In this document: piece after piece, positions 30,767 to 39,528 of the stretch
How the letters are laid out: every line of letters starts with the position of its first letter
Position numbering within the stretch: position 1 is the first letter of the stretch
DNA from: a virus
Reading direction: 5' to 3' (one strand)
Length of the DNA: 64,000 nt
Virus record (IMG/VR): IMGVR_UViG_3300027754_000039
Coordinates: 64,001-128,000 of that record
Notes under the pieces: model-generated
What the model saw: only the letters and a program-made list of their open reading frames with translations
Told to the model about the DNA's origin: nothing
The model's database searches: none
Made by a program: the position numbers and the translations under genes

Positions 30767-31612
30767 TTATACTTTCTTAAGTTCTTTTACTAATTCATGA
30801 TAACGTAACAAACTTAATATATGAGTATCTTTAACTGTTTTAGCAGATGCTATCTTACTTAATAAATTAGATACTTCAGTTAATTTAATTTTAACTACTT
30901 TATCATCAACCTTTAAAGTCAATGATTTAAGTGACTTTTGAAGTTTAAAAACTTCTTCTCCTATAAAAGATTTCAATTCAGTTCCTTCTGACACTGCATT
31001 AATATAATTTCTTAATATAGATTTCTGTCCTTCATTTAAATCAGAATATTTTTCATTGAATCTATCAACTAAAATTTTATATGATAATAAACGAACTTCT
31101 TTGTCTTGTTTAATAAAAGAAGACATTTCATTTAAAGGAGCAATCTTCTTAACGTCTTTACGAGTTATATGCTCAATTAATGTATATCTATTATTAACAG
31201 ACTCTACAGGGCTATCAGCTATTGTATATTCAAATAACTTATATATAGCAGCTAGAGTTTTATAATTACTAACTTTTGTTTTAAAGAAATCTTCTAATAC
31301 ATAAGTATTTTTAATTTCTTTAATTAAATTATATTTCTGTCTGTTTATAACGGTTTGGTTCAATTTCGCTTTGGCAGCCGATACAGCATCTATTAAATGA
31401 CCTGCTTTATCTTCTTTAGCAAATTTTTCTTTTACAAGAGTTTGGTACAGGTTTAATTCTTTTGCTAATTCCGTAGATTTAGCAAAATACTTTTTAATAA
31501 TTGGAATCGCCTTTGAATCATTATTGTTCAAAGTATCCGATGCAACTTGACGTACAAGAAGTTCGAATAGAACACCCGTGTTTTTAAACTTTGAATGCTT
31601 TAAATTTTTCAT
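30767..31612 (-). CDS. Hypothetical helical protein between portal and protease
   Basis: KHSKFKNTGVLFELLVRQ N-terminus; own promoter motif at 31637-31645. Confidence 0.65.
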   Translation of the reverse strand: MKNLKHSKFKNTGVLFELLVRQVASDTLNNNDSKAIPIIKKYFAKSTELAKELNLYQTLVKEKFAKEDKAGHLIDAVSAAKAKLNQTVINRQKYNLIKEIKNTYVLEDFFKTKVSNYKTLAAIYKLFEYTIADSPVESVNNRYTLIEHITRKDVKKIAPLNEMSSFIKQDKEVRLLSYKILVDRFNEKYSDLNEGQKSILRNYINAVSEGTELKSFIGEEVFKLQKSLKSLTLKVDDKVVKIKLTEVSNLLSKIASAKTVKDTHILSLLRYHELVKELKKV

Positions 31613-31665
31613 TAATAGGCTTTTTGTTTTCTTAATAATAAATATGGTACTATTGTTCTTTTACT

Positions 31666-33573
31666 TTATTCTGGGATAATATTTGTTTCATCTAGCAATT
31701 TACCTTCAGACTCATTTAATACCTTTGGTTTCTTAGAAGTATACTTAGCTAATCCATACTTTTTAATAGTATCCATAGCTGATTCATTTCTAGAGTTCTT
31801 CCAAGCTACTTTTCCAATGGGATCATATCCTCTAGGATGCTCGTGAGTATTATATTTCATACCTTCTTTTGGGCGACCGGCTCCTGGCCAACCTCCTGCA
31901 GGTGTTTGTTTTTGTCTAGCTTTTGTATCGTATTTTTTCTGAAGAGATTTATCTACGCCTTCTTCTTTAGTAGGTTCTTTTTTCTCTTCCTTGCCGCCGG
32001 CAAATGGATTTGCTCCTTTTTCTTCGCCACCTTCTTCTTCTTCACCTCCTCCACCAAACGGATTTGCTGATTCTTCACCACCTTCTTTTTCCTCTGGCTC
32101 TTGATTTTTAGGGTCTGCTGGATCTTTACCTTCTTCTCCAATTTTAGTAAGACGGAAAGTATCTTTACCATCGGTGATTAAACCTGATTGTATTTCTGCC
32201 GCTTCATCCAACGTAAAATTAAATATATTTTTATATATCCATTCTTTAGACATTATTTTCTTTTCAATCATATCGCCTGCTAAAGTTACTTTAGTAGCGT
32301 ATAAAGTTAATTTCTCTTGTTCGTAAATTGTCGACGGAGAAGTCATTGTCAATTCAAAATCAACTAATTCTGCATTTGCAAATCCTTGAGCATATAAATG
32401 CACAATAGCAATTTTATGTAATTCAGAAATTACAATTCTTTGAATTCTTTCAATGGTTCTAGCAAATCGAACATCTTCAGCAGCTAGTGTAGCCTTTCCT
32501 GAAATTCCTTCTTCATATCCTAAAAATGCTTTGGGAACTTTTAAAGCTGCCATCATTTTATTACGAAGATATTCAATATCGTCAATACCTGTAAATTCCA
32601 TACCTGCTAAAGTATCAATTTCGGTTCCTGAAGACCCACCCCTTACTGGTAAGAAATAATCTTCAAGCATATTTTGCATATTGAACTTTAAATTATAATC
32701 TCCTGTCTGAGGGTCTACATAAGGTACCTTTTTCATTTGATTAATAATTTTTTGCATGTAAGCGTCAACTTCTTGAGGAGGAATATTTCCTACGTCTACT
32801 TTAAATATACGTTTCTCAGGAGCTCTCATTACACGATGAATTAACATCGCATCTTCCATTAACGTTAATTGTTTCCAAACTTTTCTAGCTCCTTCAAGCA
32901 TAGACTTACCATAGGGTAAGAAGTTTGAGTCATTAATTAAACGAAAATGAGCAATCTCAAAGTTTTCATATATAATATTTCCTCCACCTAACTGCTTGAA
33001 TTGCACGTGGTATGGATTGTCTAATGTCATTCCTTCTTCACGGATAATTTCATATGCAGACATCGGAGTAACATTTACAATTCCAATTTCTTCTTGAATG
33101 TCTAAATGCAAAAATAAATCTCCATATTTACACATATTACGAACCCATGGCCATAAATTAAATTCAATGTTTAAAACATCATAAAATAAATTATGTAGTA
33201 TTTTTTTAATATTTTCATTGTCACTGGTAATGCGCAATACATCACCAAAGTCATCTTTCATAACTGTTTCGTCTGCATAGATATCTAATGCCGATGATAA
33301 AATTGCGTCTTGATCCATAACTTCATAATCTGTATACAATTCAGTCTTAGATGAAAAGTAATTGTAATTTGGATTATATGTATTTAATGAATTAGGACGA
33401 ACCCCATGCAACCTAGTAAATCGATCAATAAATTTTGAGTTATGTGCGTTACCCATTGATTGTAAATGATCATTATCAACTACTTTAAGTTGATTCTTAC
33501 CCACTTTACGCACGATAACATTGGTATTAAAGAGACGCTTTAATCGACCGTATAATGTTTTATCTGCTGCCAT
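31666..33573 (-). CDS. gp20: Portal vertex protein
   Basis: LMEDAMLIHRVMRAPEKRIFKVDVGNIP, EDYFLPVRGG..GTEIDTL, DIEYLRNK...ALKVPKAFL. Confidence 0.96.
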   Translation of the reverse strand: MAADKTLYGRLKRLFNTNVIVRKVGKNQLKVVDNDHLQSMGNAHNSKFIDRFTRLHGVRPNSLNTYNPNYNYFSSKTELYTDYEVMDQDAILSSALDIYADETVMKDDFGDVLRITSDNENIKKILHNLFYDVLNIEFNLWPWVRNMCKYGDLFLHLDIQEEIGIVNVTPMSAYEIIREEGMTLDNPYHVQFKQLGGGNIIYENFEIAHFRLINDSNFLPYGKSMLEGARKVWKQLTLMEDAMLIHRVMRAPEKRIFKVDVGNIPPQEVDAYMQKIINQMKKVPYVDPQTGDYNLKFNMQNMLEDYFLPVRGGSSGTEIDTLAGMEFTGIDDIEYLRNKMMAALKVPKAFLGYEEGISGKATLAAEDVRFARTIERIQRIVISELHKIAIVHLYAQGFANAELVDFELTMTSPSTIYEQEKLTLYATKVTLAGDMIEKKIMSKEWIYKNIFNFTLDEAAEIQSGLITDGKDTFRLTKIGEEGKDPADPKNQEPEEKEGGEESANPFGGGGEEEEGGEEKGANPFAGGKEEKKEPTKEEGVDKSLQKKYDTKARQKQTPAGGWPGAGRPKEGMKYNTHEHPRGYDPIGKVAWKNSRNESAMDTIKKYGLAKYTSKKPKVLNESEGKLLDETNIIPE

Positions 33574-33626
33574 TTTTAATTAAACTATTTAAAATAAATA
33601 TCTATTTTCCTAATAACCAAGCTTTT

Positions 33627-34805
33627 TTAAAGAAGCCACGTTAAATCTTCGTCTTCGCCTCTTTTACCGGTGTCCATAGACCATCCAGTTTCTTTTCTCA
33701 TTCCAGCAGTATTACTGTAAACGCCTCGTCCATTACCAAAATAATCTAAAGTTTTTCTATTTAGATCCATTCCTTGCTGTCGAAGCTTTAAGGCAGTGTC
33801 TCTTATCCATAATCCAATAGAAAACGCCATTACTAAATCGTCGTTATAACCATGCTGTGCTTCAGGTTTTGACCCATTCCACACAAAAACATACAACTCT
33901 TCTATTAATCGTCTAGAGTGAATTACAGGAACTCGCTCTCTCATGTAAGTATCCAATTTGGAAATTACTAAAGGGCGAGTGCGAGATGAAGTTGTAAACC
34001 CAGCTGTCATTGCAGAAGTGTCTCTTAAATCAACATATCTAGCTAATTGTTGAGATACATCTGACAATCCACTATCTTTAGAAGAATAGTATAAATTTTT
34101 ATAGCCTCTGTCAATTGCTACTTGAATTGAAGCCCAACCCACATTAGCATTTTCAATCACTAGCAAAGCGTCATTGTACTCTGTTGCAATATTCACTAAC
34201 ATATTTCCATATTCTTTAGTGGATATTTGTCCTTTATATTCAGCTACTTGCGTTACAGATTCTACATCAATAACATGAAATGCTGAGTAGTCAGCTCCGT
34301 CACCTCGAGCAACGTCAGCTACAACTACATAATCTCTTTGGTAATTTGCTGGTTCCCATATCCATAAATCTCCACTATTTCTAGTTTCAATAGGATCTTT
34401 AATATGAGTTGTTTCATACCATTTTAATACCTGACCTTCAATTACAGAATGACCTGAAGTGATAAAGTCGCAGTTATGTGATACAATTCCATCTACTATA
34501 AAAATATTTCCGCGATCGACTTCTATAATATCATATAACTCTATAGGCTGAGTTTCGATATTAATATCAATAACGGTCACGATATTATTATCAATTGAAT
34601 CTATAATACTACCTATTTGAAGCTTGTTAGCCTCTAATTCTAATCTATTACCAATAAATTTATGTGTTTCAGAACATCTTAATATAATATTTGATGATAA
34701 TGTAATTACATAAATTTTATCTTTTCGTAACTTACGTACGCCGGCAAAATCTTGATACCCATTAGGCGTCAATATTTCAAATCTTGTATTGCGTTTTATT
34801 TGCAT
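33627..34805 (-). CDS. gp17: Terminase large subunit, C-terminal part: IntC (111 aa) + nuclease C-extein
   Basis: Intein block B (CSETH), F (LYDIIEV) and G (VSHN/C), then the RNase H-like nuclease (VVADVARGDGADYS, NDDLVMA). Confidence 0.92.
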   Translation of the reverse strand: MQIKRNTRFEILTPNGYQDFAGVRKLRKDKIYVITLSSNIILRCSETHKFIGNRLELEANKLQIGSIIDSIDNNIVTVIDINIETQPIELYDIIEVDRGNIFIVDGIVSHNCDFITSGHSVIEGQVLKWYETTHIKDPIETRNSGDLWIWEPANYQRDYVVVADVARGDGADYSAFHVIDVESVTQVAEYKGQISTKEYGNMLVNIATEYNDALLVIENANVGWASIQVAIDRGYKNLYYSSKDSGLSDVSQQLARYVDLRDTSAMTAGFTTSSRTRPLVISKLDTYMRERVPVIHSRRLIEELYVFVWNGSKPEAQHGYNDDLVMAFSIGLWIRDTALKLRQQGMDLNRKTLDYFGNGRGVYSNTAGMRKETGWSMDTGKRGEDEDLTWLL

Positions 34806-34927
34806 TTTATTGTTTAATTCTAATAGCTATCTAAATAATCTAAATTATATAAGTCTTCTAATGTTATTTTAAATTCTTCATTAGTTAGCTTATCTCGTAC
34901 CGTTACTTTTGATTCGCCCCATAAACA
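34473..34927 (-). mobile_element. Naturally split intein (IntN 34823-34927; IntC 34473-34805)
   Basis: IntN starts CLWGES after extein AAQECD; IntC ends HN followed by Cys+1; the two halves are in different frames, 14 nt apart. Confidence 0.9.
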
Positions 34928-35668
34928 ATCACATTCTTGAGCTGCTCCTTTAACTCCTAACAATTCATTTTGCTTATCTCTCCATATTTGATCTCTGTCA
35001 GGATGAACGTCCCAGCGAAGACGAATAGTATTAAACCTATTTCTACCTTCCTCAGCTCCTACCCATGTTTGATGAAAAAAGTTACCGGTGCCATTAGGAG
35101 TGGATAATATAATTGCTCCTCCTCCCGTTGCTAAAGTCTGTTGCGATGATATCCAAATTTCTTCTACATTGGAAATAAACGCAGCCTCATCTATTATTAA
35201 TAAAGACAATGCTTCTGAACGTCCAGAGTCTCCTGACGATGAAGTTGCTTTAATTTGAGAACCGTTATTAAGACGTAATGATAATTTATTATCTTCTGTT
35301 GCTGGCAATTTAAGCCATGAAGGTAAATTTTCATACATGACTTTTACCTTTAATACTAAATTTTTAGCTACTTCTTGTTTAGTAGCGATAACTAGAATAT
35401 TTTTATCCCCAAAAAACGTCATAAGCCAAAGAGCATAGCCGGCACTTAGAGTTGATATACCTAATTGCCTTGATTTTAGTATGACGTTATAATCGTGATC
35501 TCGTAGGTTTCTTAAGGTCTCCTCTTGAAATGTATATAAATGAAAAGGTATTTTTCCTTTTTGAGGATGTTGAATTTGGCAAAACTTTTTCATGAAGTGA
35601 ACAGGATCTGTTAAACATTTCTTGTACTCTTCTTTTATTATTTCTTTTAATGTCTTTGCTTGACTCAT
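34820..35668 (-). CDS. gp17: Terminase large subunit, N-terminal ATPase + IntN (35 aa)
   Basis: LKSRQLGIST (Walker A), LLIIDEAAF (Walker B), STPNG (coupling motif), ending in intein block A. Confidence 0.92.
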   Translation of the reverse strand: MSQAKTLKEIIKEEYKKCLTDPVHFMKKFCQIQHPQKGKIPFHLYTFQEETLRNLRDHDYNVILKSRQLGISTLSAGYALWLMTFFGDKNILVIATKQEVAKNLVLKVKVMYENLPSWLKLPATEDNKLSLRLNNGSQIKATSSSGDSGRSEALSLLIIDEAAFISNVEEIWISSQQTLATGGGAIILSTPNGTGNFFHQTWVGAEEGRNRFNTIRLRWDVHPDRDQIWRDKQNELLGVKGAAQECDCLWGESKVTVRDKLTNEEFKITLEDLYNLDYLDSY

Positions 35669-35680
35669 AACTTAATTAAT

Positions 35681-36097
35681 TTAGCGTGCTACAAACCCAA
35701 TAACAGTGGATGTAATTAGAATTCCTGTAACTATTTTAAATATTTTATTTCTTTTCTTTTCTTTCTTAACGTCTCTTTCCAATCCAGTAATTATATCCAC
35801 ATACTTAACTTCTTTTTGTCTATATAAATCAATTTGAGAAGAATAATTAGCTACTTTACGTACGTAAGTATTAACTAATCGTTCGTTTGTGAAATTTTTT
35901 AATTCTAACTCATGCACTAATATTTTAGTTTCAGTTAATTCAGCACGGGTCGAATCACCTCTTAATAAATCTTTTGCTACTTTCTTTACAATACTATCTG
36001 GAAAGCAGTGTATTTGAGTTTTATTTGTAACGGTTTGTGAAAAAATCGCCAAGCTCATCATGAGTAGCGGTGTCAATAGCTTTAATTTTATTTCCAT
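35681..36097 (-). CDS. Secreted/membrane coiled-coil protein (possible spanin partner)
   Basis: Signal-peptide-like LLTPLLMMSLAIFS/Q, coiled coil, C-terminal hydrophobic helix; exact start uncertain (36097, 36062 or 36059). Confidence 0.5.
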   Translation of the reverse strand: MEIKLKLLTPLLMMSLAIFSQTVTNKTQIHCFPDSIVKKVAKDLLRGDSTRAELTETKILVHELELKNFTNERLVNTYVRKVANYSSQIDLYRQKEVKYVDIITGLERDVKKEKKRNKIFKIVTGILITSTVIGFVAR

Positions 36098-36365
36098 AAT
36101 AATTTTGGATTTGTGTTATTTTATGTTTTGTCGAATCTATTTGACGATCCATAATCATCAAATTATCTTTGTATTGAGTAATAAGACTGTCATACTTTAA
36201 TTGATCTTTTTTCAAAGCTTCAATCATTTTAGATAAGCTATCTATTTCGCTTTTTTGCTTTGCATACTTATCTACTTCAACTGAATTAGGTGAAGTCATG
36301 AATATAACTGCAACTAAAATTGCAATTATAATTAATAATGTTCCTGAAAGTTTATTTATTTGCAT
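36021..36365 (-). CDS. N-terminal TM + coiled-coil protein (i-spanin-like)
   Basis: LLIIIAILVAVIF transmembrane segment then a long coiled coil; overlaps the downstream gene. Confidence 0.5.
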   Translation of the reverse strand: MQINKLSGTLLIIIAILVAVIFMTSPNSVEVDKYAKQKSEIDSLSKMIEALKKDQLKYDSLITQYKDNLMIMDRQIDSTKHKITQIQNYYGNKIKAIDTATHDELGDFFTNRYK

Positions 36366-36402
36366 ACCTGCCTTATATCTTATAAATATAAGACTAGTAA
36401 TA

Positions 36403-36651
36403 TTATACTATCGTAGCGGGGGCTGAAGGGGTTACTGTCGATCCAATTACTGGCACCGTGCCACCGCCAGCTCCGGAAATTACTTGTCCCGGAGGAACGA
36501 TAATCGTAGCCGTTCTAATATATAAGTCAATAGCTGTCGCTAAATCTTTTGCTAGCTCTCTTTGAGCAGTTTCAGTGTCTTTAGCAGTTGCTTGTAACTT
36601 TTTAAAAGCAGCGTATATTTGTTGTTCGAGTAAAGGTTTAATTAATGGCAT
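36403..36651 (-). CDS. Hypothetical protein
   Basis: 82-aa ORF in a tightly packed run. Confidence 0.6.
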   Translation of the reverse strand: MPLIKPLLEQQIYAAFKKLQATAKDTETAQRELAKDLATAIDLYIRTATIIVPPGQVISGAGGGTVPVIGSTVTPSAPATIV

Positions 36652-36652
36652 A

Positions 36653-36874
36653 TTATATTGCAGCTTTAACTTTATCTAATAAGCCAGCTTTGATAAGCAT
36701 TTTAACAGCTAGCTTTTTTTCTTGAGTTGATTTAATTTCACGAAATGTATTTAATAAATGAGTAATAGTTTGTGCTGTTACAAACTCTAAATCACGTCCT
36801 TCAAATTCATCTACTAACTTTTTAAAATTGTCAAAGTCAATGGATTCATTAAGTATATCACGCAATTTAATCAT
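36653..36874 (-). CDS. Probable internal head protein
   Basis: Starts MIKLRDILNES. Confidence 0.6.
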   Translation of the reverse strand: MIKLRDILNESIDFDNFKKLVDEFEGRDLEFVTAQTITHLLNTFREIKSTQEKKLAVKMLIKAGLLDKVKAAI

Positions 36875-37399
36875 TTATTTTTTATCTTTAACAGGACCGC
36901 CTACTATCCAAGCATTGCAAGTACGAGACCCAGCACATTTGAATTTGTGCATTGTGCAGTATCCTAATTTTCCAGCTTCAATAGTATCCCAAGCGTCCTT
37001 TTCAGCTCCTTCTGTATCGTCTGTTTCTGGTTCTGCAGTTGGTACTACTGGCTCTTCTGCTTCAGCTACAGGAGCTTCTTGAGTTGGTTCTGCTTTTGGA
37101 CCTGGTTCGGTAGAAACTAGTCCTCCTTCAATACAACCTAAAATTCTTGATGTGATATTAAATGCGGCGCAATTATTACAACGAGATGATTTAGCTTCAT
37201 CTATAGTAGCCATTTTCCATTGCGCAGCTTTTGCTTTCCAAAATTTAATATTTGGATTGTTAGGATTTAAAGGACCATATCCGTATTTATCAATAGCAAT
37301 TTGACGATGAGCCAAATTAACTTCGATATTTTGAGTAGCTACAGGACATTTAGGAGTTTCTCCTTCTGCTTCCTTTAATAAATCAACTAACTTAATCAT
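36875..37399 (-). CDS. Cys-rich probable internal head protein
   Basis: Starts MIKLVDLLKEA; RCNNCAAF...GYCTMHKFKCAGSRTCNAW metal-binding pattern. Confidence 0.65.
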   Translation of the reverse strand: MIKLVDLLKEAEGETPKCPVATQNIEVNLAHRQIAIDKYGYGPLNPNNPNIKFWKAKAAQWKMATIDEAKSSRCNNCAAFNITSRILGCIEGGLVSTEPGPKAEPTQEAPVAEAEEPVVPTAEPETDDTEGAEKDAWDTIEAGKLGYCTMHKFKCAGSRTCNAWIVGGPVKDKK

Positions 37400-38463
37400 T
37401 ATTTTTTAACTTTGATAATTGTATTGGTAAGCATGGTATCTAATCGTTTATTAACAGATTCTTTTGCATATGGAGGTCCTACATTAATATCTCCTTGACC
37501 TTTTCCTCCTAATTTACTTTTAATAGCACTTAATTCAGGTCCGCCAACTTTTGGATCGAATTGAGGCATATCTTTACGTGCTGGAGCATCTGGGTTATTA
37601 GGCAAATTGCTTAAATTTTCTCCTATTTTTTCTGCAATTGCAAGTCTTAATGCATAAATAGCTTCTGGAGTGCTAGGTTTTCCAGGTCCTACTTTATCCG
37701 TTACTCTATCTCCTAAATCTCCAAGCCATTTTAATACAATATTAATGTCTTTATTAGCTCCTGCAGTTAAATCTTCCATCATTTTGTCATTAAGTAGTGC
37801 CCCGGGCGCTCCTTTATCTGTTTGCTTATTAATATTAGACATAATCATTTTAGCTATATCTCCAGCTCCTTTACCCATGATGTTAGTTTTAAATCCTTCA
37901 GATTGAGATGGAATATCTTTACCAGGGCCTAAATCAGCAGCAATTGCAATTTGTGCCGCTGCTAGTTTTTCATTAGTGCCTTTGCCAGGCCAATTAACAT
38001 TAGTTCCTGAAATTTTAGCTTTGTCTCCTCCAATTGAAATAGCACCTGACCATCGATGATGTCCGTCAATAATTAAATCTCCGGAAGTTACAACTCCTTG
38101 AGCTGTTGGTCCCGAAGAGATAGCATCCGTAAGCGTTTTAGCTGATCCTAATGGATATGACACTGATTTCATTAAATCAATTTCGCTTTGTGTTGGTTTA
38201 TAACCCATTGCCTGTCCGCTAGCTGTTGACGTAGCGACAGTATCGTCTGTATTTGATCCGTCTGTTTGTGGATTTAGTAAAATATCTTTACGTACGATAT
38301 CAGATTTACCTTCAGGGGTATCTAAAAATGCTCTAGTAGCTGCAGGGCCTGTTTGAAATGCTTTGTTTAATTCAGCAGCTAATTCTTCTTTAGATTTAGC
38401 TTCTTTTAAAATACCCGCTAACTTTTGTAATCTAGCGGCTTCTGTAATTAATTCTTGTTTCAT
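37399..38463 (-). CDS. ParB/Srx-like domain protein with propeptide
   Basis: LITEAARLQKLAGILKEA N-terminus; LIIDGHHRW motif. Confidence 0.65.
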   Translation of the reverse strand: MKQELITEAARLQKLAGILKEAKSKEELAAELNKAFQTGPAATRAFLDTPEGKSDIVRKDILLNPQTDGSNTDDTVATSTASGQAMGYKPTQSEIDLMKSVSYPLGSAKTLTDAISSGPTAQGVVTSGDLIIDGHHRWSGAISIGGDKAKISGTNVNWPGKGTNEKLAAAQIAIAADLGPGKDIPSQSEGFKTNIMGKGAGDIAKMIMSNINKQTDKGAPGALLNDKMMEDLTAGANKDINIVLKWLGDLGDRVTDKVGPGKPSTPEAIYALRLAIAEKIGENLSNLPNNPDAPARKDMPQFDPKVGGPELSAIKSKLGGKGQGDINVGPPYAKESVNKRLDTMLTNTIIKVKK

Positions 38464-38484
38464 TTTAATTTATATTATAATATA

Positions 38485-38743
38485 TTACCACATTCTACAT
38501 GACCAATAATTTGCTTTCCATCTAGGTCCTGGATTTTCACAATGATGCCTAGCTCTATAAGATTTTCTACGAGCCGGAATAGATTTTTTAATTCTCATAT
38601 TCGGGTCTCCAAATCCTACTTTAACTACATTACCTTTGTCATTTGTTACGTATACAGCACGTTTTCTAGGGCCGCCTGGAGTGTAAAATGGCTTTCCTAA
38701 TTTAACTTTACGTCCGTGATATTCTGCTTCCTCTATTTTTGTT
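38485..38743 (-). CDS. Start-less basic domain that continues the upstream ORF after a frameshift in an A10 run
   Basis: EEAEYHGRKVKLGKPFYTPGGPRKRAVYV...VKVGFGDPNMRIKKS.PARRKSYRARHHC...ANYWSCRMW*; no suitable ATG of its own. Confidence 0.7.
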
Positions 38744-39172
38744 TTAGAATCTTTTTTTTTTCGATTCTTTAAGCTTCTTTAAATCTCCTACTACTAAATC
38801 TGTTGAAGAAGTTTTTGGCATCTTTGCCTTTTTATCATAGTCTGCAGTATCAACACCTTTTTGCTGCTTCTTAGTTCCATTAGCCATCATATCTAACTCA
38901 GCTTCAGATTGTCTATAATCTTCAGTTTCATTGTCAAACCAACCTTCCATAGTCGCTGCTCTATTTAAAGCAGTTGCAACTACATCTTGATCTTGTTCCG
39001 CAAATTCATCAAAAGCTAATTCATAAAACGCGTCCCAATCATCATCTTCATAATAATTTTTTAATTTGGCTTTATTCTTACCAAAGAATTTAAACACAGC
39101 TTCTTCAGAATATTCTGGCTTTTCAATTTCTGTAGCTTCTTTTAATTTTAATAGATCTTTTAACTTAATCAT
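38744..39172 (-). CDS. Probable internal head protein (N-terminal part of a frameshifted gene)
   Basis: Starts MIKLKDLLKLKEA; ends right after the A10 run at 38752-38761. Confidence 0.65.
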   Translation of the reverse strand: MIKLKDLLKLKEATEIEKPEYSEEAVFKFFGKNKAKLKNYYEDDDWDAFYELAFDEFAEQDQDVVATALNRAATMEGWFDNETEDYRQSEAELDMMANGTKKQQKGVDTADYDKKAKMPKTSSTDLVVGDLKKLKESKKKRF

Positions 39173-39528
39173 TATTTCTTTCTTTTAAGAGATTTGATAG
39201 ATTCCTTAACTATTTTGCGAACTCTCATTCTAACTACATGCTCTTGAAGTTTATGATCAAGTAAATCTTGAACATCTTCTTCAGGCTCTGAAGATAATAT
39301 GCTATGGAAATTAACATCTGCTTTGTCAGCAGCTGCTTCTACAGTTTTAAGTATTTTATGTTGCATGATCAAAGCTTTTTTCAACTTCTCACGCTTTACA
39401 GGATCGGACTCGTTAACAAATGCAGTTTTAAGTTTAAGCATTTTAGCTTCTTCAGCTTGCATTTCAAGCATTTTAGCTTGAAGGTCTTCAGTTGCTTTCT
39501 TTAGCTCCTTGGATATTTTTGGATTCAT
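39172..39528 (-). CDS. Coiled-coil hypothetical protein
   Basis: 118 aa, ends RKIVKESIKSLKRKK; coupled to the next gene. Confidence 0.6.
   Translation of the reverse strand: MNPKISKELKKATEDLQAKMLEMQAEEAKMLKLKTAFVNESDPVKREKLKKALIMQHKILKTVEAAADKADVNFHSILSSEPEEDVQDLLDHKLQEHVVRMRVRKIVKESIKSLKRKK

Noticed and set aside
31950-32150. Acidic Gly/Glu insert with ANPF repeats in the portal C-terminus as a mobile insertion
   Set aside because: In-frame low-complexity tail without intein or nuclease motifs; most simply a flexible portal extension.
34806-34822. Stop-codon recoding or a group I intron as the explanation for the terminase break
   Set aside because: The TAG is followed in frame by AAT TAA, the halves are in different frames, the gap is only 14 nt, and all other long genes are intact in the standard code.
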